Positions 25,630 to 35,888 of a stretch of 64,000 nt of DNA are shown piece by piece (the stretch's first letter is position 1; each line of letters opens with the position of its first letter). The DNA lies in NCBI GenBank assembly GCA_030390025.1, contig CM059437.1, positions 13,268,001-13,332,000 on the forward strand, read 5' to 3'. The notes beneath the pieces are model-generated. The model was given only the letters and a program-made list of their open reading frames with translations. It ran no database searches and had not been told where the DNA came from. Source of the stretch: Squalus acanthias. Taxonomy: Eukaryota. The translations under genes and the position numbers were made by a program.

Positions 25630-25694
25630 AAACAAAAGTTATTACAAGAACCTCGGCCTTTAATAAAAACATTCCCAACATTTTGTCAGACCTC

Positions 25695-27450
25695 CTACTT
25701 TTTGCCCTTAGAGGGTGATCTTCCCCTGCACACTTTCCCCCTTCCCACCTTACTGCTCCTCCGTAATGGGGCACCAGTGGCTGCAGCAAGGCTGGTGGAA
25801 GGCTGCTGATTGTCAGAACCTGAGACTGCAGATGCCCTTGAAGGACGGCCTCGACCAGCTCTGGGCCTGGAGGGCCCGGCTGCAGACTGCACCAACTCTG
25901 CATGGTGGCAGCAGTCTGGGCTACAGGCGGTGGCAAGTGCAATGGGGAAGTGACAGTGGTGGCAGCAGGAATGCTGTCATCTTGAGAGAGGACAGCACCT
26001 CCCTGCTCGACCGACACACTGGCACTCCCACAGGGCAGCACCTCAGCATCCGGAGCAATCTGCTGGAGCACAGATTGCTGGCCTGCTGCGGCGTGGTGAG
26101 AGCCCTGGGGAAATGTGTCTGAACCAGCGACGATGGCAGCAGTCAGTGCTTGCGTGACCTCAATCTGAGTCTGCAGGAGACCAGTCTGAGATTGGATCAT
26201 GGCAGCCAGTGACTGAATTGCAACACTAAGCATTTGCGTGGCATCCGCCTGTGCTACAGTGTAGTGCTCCACACTCCTTGCCAGTGCATCAATGCTTTTG
26301 GGCACCCTTCCTACTGCACCCATGAGCTGAGTGTGCATGTCCACCGCCTGGGTGTTCATTTCAGCGATGAGCTGCTCCTCTCTGCGTCCAGTGCAGCAGG
26401 ACTCGCTGGCCTACTCTCCCTCCGGGGAGAAGGCCCCCCGAGCTTCCCTAGCCACATCGCATTGCTGCAGCCCAGTGGGTCCCGGAGCTTCACCCTCATC
26501 AGACCCTTCCCCCCTGCTCCCCTCCAGGGAAGACATGTTCCCAGTGTGGGCATGGGCTTCCTCGGGAGAGGGTGGCGCTGAGGCTCCGGCTTCCTCTTCG
26601 CCTGCGGCTTCACTCCCACTGGCAGCTTGAGGGCCCGTCTCCTCAGCTGGTGAATCACCATCTGAAAGCAGGGAGGTACAAGAGTGGCTTTAGCGTGAGG
26701 ACAGGGGGGCAGTAAGGGAGGAAGGAGTGCAGCAATTTAGTAAGTTGGATTGAAAGTGTCAAAGGCTGGTGTTGTGAGGGACAAGTAGAATGAAAGAGGA
26801 GAGAAAGCTGCTGACCTTACCATTGCTGTCCCGAACAGGGTCAACCTCTCCAGGGGCGACGGGACCGATCACCTGGCTTGCCACAATCCTGTGGACGCGC
26901 GCCTCAAGATCGCTGAGGGGTTGCAACTGAGGCCTCCCTCCACCCGTCCGTTGCTGCTGTCTCCTATTATGAGATAGCTTGGCCTGCAAGAAAAAGGACG
27001 GCGTCCGAGTAAATATACAGTCATGGTCTTGCCTGATGTGCCTCCCATAGTTGAATAGCCCTTACTGTATGCAAGGTGTGGAATGTGCGTGTGTGTTTTT
27101 TGAGGGGGCCATAGGTGTTGGATGAGTGTTGGGCATTGGGGTTTTAAGACCCTCTGGCCATAGAGTGAGGTTGAGATGGAGGGATGGAGAGGTATTGAAA
27201 AAAAGCCACTCACCCTGATGACCCGAGTGAGGTCGTTGAACTTTTTTCAACATTGTATATGGGTCCTGGGCACCATGCTCCTGGAGGAGACGTGCTGAGC
27301 CACCTCCCTCCACACTCTTCTGTAATCACACAGCAAAGGCCTCCTGCCACTCTCAGGGAAGAGTATAGATCTTCTGCGCTCCACCGCGCCAACCAGAGCC
27401 TCCAAGGCCCGCTCGTTGAAGTGCTGAGCTCGTTATCTCACCCTCTCCAT
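25695..27450 (-). pseudogene. Harbinger Myb/SANT-like DNA-binding protein gene, 3 exons (27450-27214, 26983-26821, 26661-25695), decayed
   Basis: Exon 1 reads MERVR*RAQHFNERALEALV...VWREVAQHVSSRSMVPRTHIQC*KKFNDL (two stops). Exon 2 reads AKLSHNRRQQQRTGGG. All introns have GT-AG boundaries. Exon 3 has an acidic region, an Ala/Gln-rich helical region and a basic tail, with frameshifts. Confidence 0.85.
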
Positions 27451-28109
27451 AGTCCTTGGCTGGAAAATTTAGGCGCAGGTCCTCCAGCCCTAGATTCAAG
27501 GCGCCAATGAGCAGGGTGTGGCTGGAGAGCAAGATCGACCCTCCCCTTTAAGAACTGGCCGGCGCCAGTGTGTCTGTGTTCCATCGCTAACTGACATCAC
27601 CTGCGCTGCGCCCGCGCTCTGAGTTTGCGCCTCGCTCCTCGGCCTTTGCGCCTTAAGACAGGTGTGTAGAGCCTGATTTAGCGCTCCAATCACCTCCAGG
27701 GGCGATAAAAGCCAGTTTGCAGTTGGAGGCGATAATTAGCACCAGGCGCTAAACTTTGCGCCCAGCCGATAATTGCGCCCCAAACGGGGAGATACCAAAT
27801 TTCTCCCCCAATATCCCAAGCTGCTCTCAATAGCAATGTCATCAAAATGATGCTCCTCGAGTAATAGTACGTGATAGGGCAGGAAGACAAGCCAATATTA
27901 TCAAATTGATCCATAGTGACAACCTCACAATGTTAGTGCCTTACCAATTTTCTTGCAAGTTGCCTCACGGAGGATGTATTTATATTGTGTCTTTGCTGTG
28001 TGCCAATTGGCTGCTGTGTTTCCTACATTTCCTACAAGTGACTACACTTCAAAATTACTTTTTTGGCCGGAAATTGCTGTGGGACATCTTTGAGGTTGTG
28101 AAAGACGAT

Positions 28110-28847
28110 GGCCCAGAAATTAAAGACTGAGTGTTGACGCGGGGGTAAGGCTTCCCCGCGATCTCTCACTCCGCGTTGGCTTTTTCAGATCCAGCTCGCA
28201 CGAACTTGATGTTCCAGACATCAGCTGGGCAGTGCTTGCGTATCCCACCGGCGTAGTGAATTTGTGCGAGCTGTGGGATCACGTGACTCAGTTAGAGCCA
28301 ATGGCAGCACACCATCTTCCATTCATAAGTTTCACATAAGTGCTGTGAAAGCTATGAATCTTACACACCCCCAAAATAACAGCTAAACCTCAATTAAATA
28401 AAAAAAACCCCATCACATTAATAAAATAAGTATAGTTAAATAAATTAAACATTTTAAATAAAAAATTAAATTTTTGAAAAAATTTAAAATCTTAAAGTTA
28501 TAAAAATAAACTTACCTGTCTGTAAAGTCTCTAAAAAAGATATACCTGTTAAAAAAAATTCAAAATAATACTTAATTCACTACTTACCTTGTTAAAAGTG
28601 GGTCTTACTCCTCCTTTTTTCATTTCTAAAATCTTCCGTCCTTACCTGCACGTCCAAAGCACTAAGTGCACAGCGTGCGCGCAGCCTGTAGCGCGCACGC
28701 GGTGCACCTAGGAACCGCCCCCTTTTCCAAAAACCAAGTGCCGGTTTTCAGCGCATGCGCAGTGCATGCAGAAAACCGGCAATTGGTGACAGAATACGCG
28801 AGAGTATGCAGTGTGTACTCTCGCGTCGCGGGACTAATTTTTGGGCT
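28110..28847 (+). mobile_element. Structured Harbinger-type MITE, family copy 1 (inserted in a SINE tail)
   Basis: TIR GGCCCAGAAATT / AATTTTTGGGCT with TSD GAT. Homologous to 35088-35831 and 39110-39859. Confidence 0.9.
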
Positions 28848-30215
28848 GATATATAAATGCCAGTTCTTTCTGGTTTCCCACATTACAACAGCGACTACAC
28901 TTCAAAAAGTACTTCATTGGCTGTAAAGCGCTTTGAGACATCTGGTGGTCGTGAAAGGCGCTATAGAAATGCAAGTGTCTGTCTGTCTTTCATTTACCTC
29001 AGATAAGTAACGTAAAAGACAAAAGATACACATCGTGCTGAACTGATCCCAACTGGGCTGGGAACACAATAGCATGGAAATAATTCCAGAATCTAACATT
29101 ATGCCATCAAAAATGTTCCGATATCATTTACTCCTTCTGTCACATATAATCGCCTGGAACTTCCTGGAAGATTTTGGCGTAACTACGGCACAAGAGTGTT
29201 GTTGCACCGGTTTCTTCCAGAGGAAATTCATGCGCAAGTGATTTACGCTGGTTCTACACTGAAATATTCCTACGTGAGAATATCCTTGATTATTTATGCC
29301 GCTTCCGAGATAAAGCTGCCTGAACCTTCTGCCGTTCATTTGCATAGCTCCACCCCCCCACACAAAAGACCAGCTCATGAGAAAAAGATTTGTCTTTGAA
29401 TAAATTACGTGGAAATTGCTGGAAAATATCATACTTTGTTAGTTAGTACCTGTCACACGATCACATCTAATCCAGAGCTTTTATACTTCTGTACTGTTGG
29501 CATAAGACTGCATCATAGTCACCTTGCAGTAGTCATTGAGTCAATTGTACACAGCTTCAAACAGGGAAATATTCCTAGCCAAGCAGCTTGGCAGTGCATC
29601 TAATCAAAGCGAGTTATTTCAGATTGGGATATGGGAAGAAAGCTGTAGATATCAGCATGTGTAAAAAAAAAAAAATCATTTATTGCAATTTTTAGAGTTG
29701 GAAATATATTTATTTTAATGAGATTTAACTCCATCATCATTCATTTGTGTACACTTGACTCTGGATATGTATCATTCTATTTTGAAATGCTCTACCCCTT
29801 CTCCCTTTTTCAGTTGAACACCAAATAGTTACATAGAGAATAACAGATGGCTGGTGAATTAGAAGGTTGTAAATGACTCACGGGGTTCGGATGACATCAT
29901 AAAACTACTGGAGTGAAGCGTCAATACTTTATGATCATTGGAACCCTCAAGAGTATATTACAGCTGTAAAGTCAATTCCAGGCATTTTCTAATTTGTACA
30001 GATTTTATAAGTACAGTTTCCCATTTAATGCTTTGTCATTGGAGTTCACATTAACAGCTCCGGCTGCAACCAGCTGCCATCATAAGCCATCACATAGTTC
30101 CATGCAACTTTCAATCATGTTCCGGGAGTGAGGCTTATAAAATTATTGTGGTAGTGTGGGGTAGTTATACGAGCATTTGACAGGAAGAGAGCGCTTTGCT
30201 GAAATATAATACATT

Positions 30216-30813
30216 GGGCTAGAAATTCCCCTCGAGCCCAGTTTGGGGTGCTAAATGAGAAAAGCTGGAATTCCCATTTTTTGCTCCAAGAGGGAAGTGG
30301 AGTGCTAAATCAAGCGCACTGGGGCCGCGTGGCGCTGCCGCGTTGCAGGGGCTCTTCCCTGAATTAAAGGGAAGGGCCTCACGCTACAAACTCTGCAATT
30401 AAAAAAAAACTTACCTGGACCACCGGGGAGCGGGGGTGCCGCGCGATCAGCCCAGCACTCCAGCAGAGTGCCGGGCTAACCGATCGCGGCACAGACCCCG
30501 CGTCCGGAGGCATAAAGAGAAGTTTTTAAAAATCAAACATTTTTTTTCAAGGCGGCCCACTAGCGGCCGGCCGCCCTGCTCGCGTCCCCTGCAGCAGTCG
30601 CCGCTATCGCCCGGCGCTGCTGCAGGGGGCGAAGGGGAATTTTTGTGCCGGAGCGCTACGTCCGGAGATGACGTCATGATCTCCGGGCGCGTGAGATCGG
30701 GGCGCAACTCAGCAGCACCGCCGCTAACCTCCCACGGAATTTGGCGGGAGGTGAGCCTTTGTGCCCCGTTAGCGCCCCCTATGGGAGGTGCAAAAGAGGG
30801 AAATTTCTCCCCC
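30216..30813. mobile_element. GC-rich Harbinger-type MITE
   Basis: TIR GGGCTAGAAATTCCCCTC / GAGGGAAATTTCTCCCCC with flanks ATT/ATG. Confidence 0.8.
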
Positions 30814-31029
30814 ATGATCTTTTACTGGTATATAATATTGCTACATTTCGATTAGAGCATCAGTGATTCTGAGCGACGTAGGGGGATAGATGGTTTTGGA
30901 AGCTTTGTGTAGAGAAATCATTTATGGCTTCACTACATATAATGTCCAGTTCCGTTCTTCTCTATATTCGCTATTTGTTTCCTATCCACTCTAACAACGG
31001 AATGATTTAAGCAGCAATGAATCTTGCAC

Positions 31030-31180
31030 TTAAAAGATGATATTGGGGGAGTCTCTCTGTGGCAAGATTTTAAACAATCTCAGATTTGCTGATGACATTG
31101 AGCTTATAGCAACATCGAAAACAGATCTGCAGAGACTAACTGATGAGGTGCACATGGGAGAGTAGAAAATTTGGATTACA
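31030..31180 (+). mobile_element. Non-LTR RT fragment
   Basis: Translates as LNNLRFADDIELIA..KTDLQRL. Confidence 0.6.
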
Positions 31181-31960
31181 ACCTTTTTGTTAGAAGGAAA
31201 TGAAATCTCTTTTTGCTCGTTGCTGCTTGTACAGATGTTGTCCAATTTACACTTGGCGCTAGATGGTGACAAAGTGGCGATAGTAGTCATAATGAAAGAA
31301 CGAACAAGAAAAATCAGCAATGGGAAAGTCACTTGCCTCATAGAAGCTCATCCCTCTCCTCTGGTATCCTAACTCTCAGCACCCAACCAACCGTCCTTTG
31401 AATAACCCCAATATTTTTAACTCCACTACCCTGGCAAACCACGTGCAACCTTCAGCACTGATTAAAGCCGTGCTTCCTAACATCAGTTTCAAACTCATTT
31501 TTCACTAATTTCCAATGATGTCCTCTGGAGCTTCTTCCTTCTGGCTTCTTTAAAGTAGAATTCTGTGTTTACATTCTCTATACGAGTTAAATATATACTT
31601 AACCTCCTTTAAGCTTTTCCAATTTTTCCTCATAACTCATCTCTTTACATTATCTTTATAATGGAATACTTACACTCATGACACCTTTCAGTCTAAAGTG
31701 TCTCGAAGTGTTGTGCAGACAGAGCTGTCCTTCCCATTGCACGTTGGGGGAATCTGCTACCCAATCCGTCCCAGTTTTCTGGCTGGAGGGGAATATCCAG
31801 AAAAGGCAAAATGGAGAGCCAAAAATAAGCCGAAAGTTAAAATGAAAAAAGGTTGATGAATTGTGCCGTGTGTATACAACTATCTAATATTTCAAGAAAA
31901 TTTAGAGGCTACGTAGGCCTTCCTGAGTTTCCTTGGCCAGCAATCGTTCTATAGTTCACA

Positions 31961-32412
31961 GTGTCAGCTGTGGTTCAGTGGGTAGCACCCTCACCTCTGA
32001 GTCAGAAGGTTGTGGGTTCAAGTCCCACTCCAGGGACTTGAGCACATAAAGCTAGGCTGACACTCCCAGTGCAGTGCTGAGGGAGTGCTGCCCTGTTGGA
32101 GGTGCCGTCTTTCAGATGAGACGTTAAACCGAGGCCCCGTCTGCTCTCTCAGGTGGACGTGAAAGATCCCGTGGCACTATTTTGAAGAAGAGCAGGGGAG
32201 TTATCCCTGATGTCCTGACCCAATATTTATCCCTCAACCAATGTAACAAAAAAAAAATATTGTTTGTGGGAGCTTGCTGTGCGCAAATTAGCTGCTGCGT
32301 TTCCTACATTACAACAGTGACTACACTTCAAAAAGTACTTCATTGGCTGTAAAGCGCTTTGAGATGTCCGGTGGTCGTGAGTGGCGCTATAGAAATGCAA
32401 GTCTTTCTTTTT
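31961..32412 (+). mobile_element. DeuSINE/SacSINE1-like SINE, near full length
   Basis: tRNA A/B boxes, Deu-like core and AAATGCAAGTCTTTC tail. Confidence 0.88.
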
Positions 32413-32942
32413 CTTTATAGGAGAAGGTATTCAGACATGAGTCAGTGGCTGGTTTCAGAGGTTGACGGTGTTTAAAATAAATACAATAAAATGCAAATTA
32501 GAGAATATTTCCAAATATCAAGTGTTAAATATAATTAAACATTCAGCATGTGCATTCATAGTTGCCAGGAGCAATTCAAATTTAATTATAATAAAAATGT
32601 GCAAATACAGGCACAGGGTCGAGAGAGCTGCAGGGTGCAGAAAGCATAGCAGATGAAAACCATTTTGAGATGTATTCCAGACATTAGTGGTGTTATTTAA
32701 AGTAAAGTAAATTAAAAAGGGTCAGGACATCTGCTCAGTGTGGGCACTGTACATTTACAGCATTAAACTGCAAGGGTTGTAGAGCCTTCGCCAGTTGAAC
32801 ATCGGGAAAACCAAAGTCATCTGTTTGGCTCCTGCCAAAGACTCGGTACCCAATTTCTCACTCTACCCACTCGCTGGTTGCTCACTTAGGTTCAGTCAAC
32901 CTAAGCTCCCTGTTCGGCTGATTGTTGAACTTCAAACACTAT

Positions 32943-35888
32943 GGGGTTAAATCGGATAAGACCTGAAAACGGGCGCGGGGAATGCGGTGCACAATTAACC
33001 CGTGCCCGTTCACTGTGCTGCAGGCAGGACGTTAAATTCATGCTGCCTGCTGTTTACCGTGATTGCAGCCAGCACTACACACGCGGTTCATTGGCAGCAC
33101 GGGTCAGCAGTGGGCCCAATATCACAAGTGGCTAGCGCTACTTAAAGGTAGCCTGCACCACTTAAAGGGGAGGTATCGATGATGAGGGTCGCTGCATATC
33201 TAATCCTCCTCCTCTCTCATCCCACAATCCCTTCTGACTTACAAGCTGCAGATGATGTAAGCACACACTTCTTGCTTTCTCCTCTTAACTCACCACAACC
33301 CAACCCTTGTCCCTTTTTCATTTTAGGTACCCAAGAAGTGGAACCTTCCCAGTCAGAAGAGAGAGAGGAAAATGACAGTGAAGATGAAGAGATATCATCA
33401 CTCGACCTTACATTCACAGCCACATACTCAGAGACTGGCACCGCACGTACTTTTTAGGCTAGGCAAGACAAGAAAAGTGATCTGCATGTGGTGAGACACC
33501 GAGCACAAGTGCGCAGGAGCCAGGATGGGGGGACAGGTTAGTGCAGGCGCCAGGATGGGGGGACAGGTTAGTGCAGGCGCCAGGAGAGGTCACACATTAG
33601 TTCTACTGCAGAGGAGTCAGATGAGGACTTCGATGGCCCAGGCTACTGAAGACTGATGGGCATACATAACCAAATGCTTGGTGCACTGGAAAGCCTGCGT
33701 TCAATGTCAAAGAGCATGGAGGAATCCACATCCAACCTGGCACAGGGCTTTGCGCAGAGCTTGGAGCCCATCCTTTCAAATATGAAATGGGTGGTCACCT
33801 CCATCAGCGCACCTGTTGAATGCACCATGATGCAGCGTCCGATGGCACAGCTTCCATCAAAGGTCTGATTACTGCAATCATGGCTCTAGATACCAGTGTT
33901 CAAAGGGGCTTCCAAGGTGTCACAGCAGTCCAGCAATCTGTTCTCCAACAGATCGCCAGGATTGCTGAGGTGCCGCCCCAGGAGAATGGCAGTGGCTCCA
34001 TGGAACAGGAACCTGCTGTCCTCTCAGGGTGACAGCATCCCTACTCCTACCACTCCACCAGCACCCTTGCTGTTGCTCGTCAGCCAGCCGGCCCAGACTG
34101 TTGCAGCCCAGGCCGAGATGGTGCAGTCTGAAGCCGAGCCCTCTAGACCCAGAGGTGCTTGAGGTCATCCTCCAAGGCCATCTACAGTTTCCTCAATTGA
34201 AGGTCAGCAGCCTTCCACCTCCCATGCTGCAGCCATTCAAAGCACCTCGTAGGAGGACTAGGAAAGGTAAAGACACACGGAAGACAGGGACTAAGGGAAT
34301 GCACAGGGTGATTAGTTTCATTTTGTATGCATTATTTAATGAGTAAATTTATAAAATTGGATTTGAATTTTCATATCCTGGTGGATTGTATTTTTGTGCT
34401 GTCAGAAAGAGGACAAAGTGATAGTCAGTGATCGAGAAAAGGTAAGGAGTGTGGGACTGTTGGTGAATGGGGAGGTGTAGTTGAGGTTACAGGTATTGCT
34501 CATGAATAATCTGTCACATAGAGCCCAGGCAGAAAGGGGATGTCCACGTTGTAGCCTCCTTTACTCTTCCTCCTCTTCCACTTCCTCCTCCTCCCTCTTA
34601 TAGCAGCTTGTCTTGCTCTGCATGGCCTCTCTTCATTCTCCTGGTCATGTTCAATTTCCAGAGGGAGCCCTACCAGGATACCCATGTCTGGAAGCAACTT
34701 CTTTTAGCATAGTATTTTATAATTCAAAAAAAAACACACAGCAAGACCAGCCAGACCACTCCCTGCAGAGTAATTACACTTTAGCCAAGTTATAGGAAAC
34801 CCACAACAATGCGTACAATTGCACCAGCAGCCAGAAGAAATAATCCAGCAACTAACCTGTAAGGACTGCACGATCTCTTTAAATAGCGCTGGGGGTGGGG
34901 TCATTCATTCTGTTTAACGGTGCGTTCGGCTGTGCGAGATTAAGACAGGTCATCGGCTGGAGTGTGGAGTGGGAAAATGGCAATGGCGGTTTCAAATCAG
35001 TGTCGCAAACCCCTTTTCCAAGATGGCGTCCTGCGCACTTCTCGCCGGAAGTGTGCGCGTGCATCTTGGACCCCATTGTCAAACATTGGGCCGAAAATTG
35101 ATCCCGGGACGCGAGAGTACGCACTGCGTACTCTCGCGTATTCCCACTCCAATTGCCGGTTTTCTGCATGCCCTGCGCATGCGCTGAAAACCGGCAATTG
35201 CTCTTCTGAAAAGGGGGCGGGGCCTGGGTGCATCGCGTGCGCGCTACAGGCTGCGCGCACGCTGTGCACTTCATGCTTTGGACGCGCAGGTAAGTAGGGA
35301 AGATTTTGGAAATGTAAAAAGGAGTAAGACCCGCTTTTAAGAAGGTAAGTAGTGAATTAAGTATTTTTTTGAATTTTTTTTTTACAGGTATATCTTTTTT
35401 ATAGACTTTAAAGACAGGTAAGTTTATTTTTATAACTTTTTAAAAGATTTTAAATTTTTTCAAAAATTTAATTTTTTTATTTAAAATGGTTAATTTAATT
35501 AACTATACTTATTTTATTAATGTGATGGGTTTTTTTTTTAAATTTAATTGAGGTTTAGCTGTTATTTTGGGGGGGTGTAAGATTCATAAGTCTCACAGCC
35601 ATGCTGTGAGACTTATGAATGGAAGATGGTGTGCTGCCATTGGCTCTAACTGAGTCACGTGATCCCACAGCTCGCACGAATTCACTACGCCGGTGGGATA
35701 CGCAAGCCCAGCACAGCTGATGTCTGGAACATCAAGTTCGTGCGAGCTGGATCAGAAAAAGCATAAGCGAGGTGAGACATCGCGGGGAAGGCTTACCCCC
35801 GCGGGAACAGAGCGAGATCAATTTCTGGGCCATTATTTGGCCGCATAGCACCTAACAAACAGGCGCCACACAGCCCAATTAAGCCCCC
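32943..35888. mobile_element. Non-autonomous Harbinger derivative (Myb remnant on +, transposase stub on -)
   Basis: Ends GGGGTTAAATCGG / CCAATTAAGCCCCC with TSD TAT. 33330-34310 is homologous to 14440-15760 (e.g. MEESTSNLAQGFAQSLEP). The MGILVGLP stub starts near 34686. Confidence 0.8.
35088..35831 (-). mobile_element. Structured Harbinger-type MITE, family copy 2
   Basis: TIR GGGCCGAAAATTG / CAATTTCTGGGCC with a perfect TSD ATT. Opposite orientation to copy 1. Confidence 0.92.

Larger units (their letters stand above)
19399..27809 (+). mobile_element. Complete PIF/Harbinger DNA transposon (two convergent genes), carrying a nested Gypsy
   Basis: 16-bp TIR GGGGAAAAAATTTGGT / ACCAAATTTCTCCCCC (2 mismatches) with a perfect TSD AAT (19396-19398, 27810-27812). 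It contains a transposase gene and a Myb/SANT gene. Confidence 0.95.

Noticed and set aside
31961-32045. tRNA genes at SINE heads (also 4616, 62410-62484)
   Set aside because: They continue directly into SINE bodies and lack a complete cloverleaf and terminator.
33510-33586. CRISPR-like or functional repeat array
   Set aside because: A simple ~30-bp tandem duplication inside a decayed transposon, with no spacers and a eukaryotic context.
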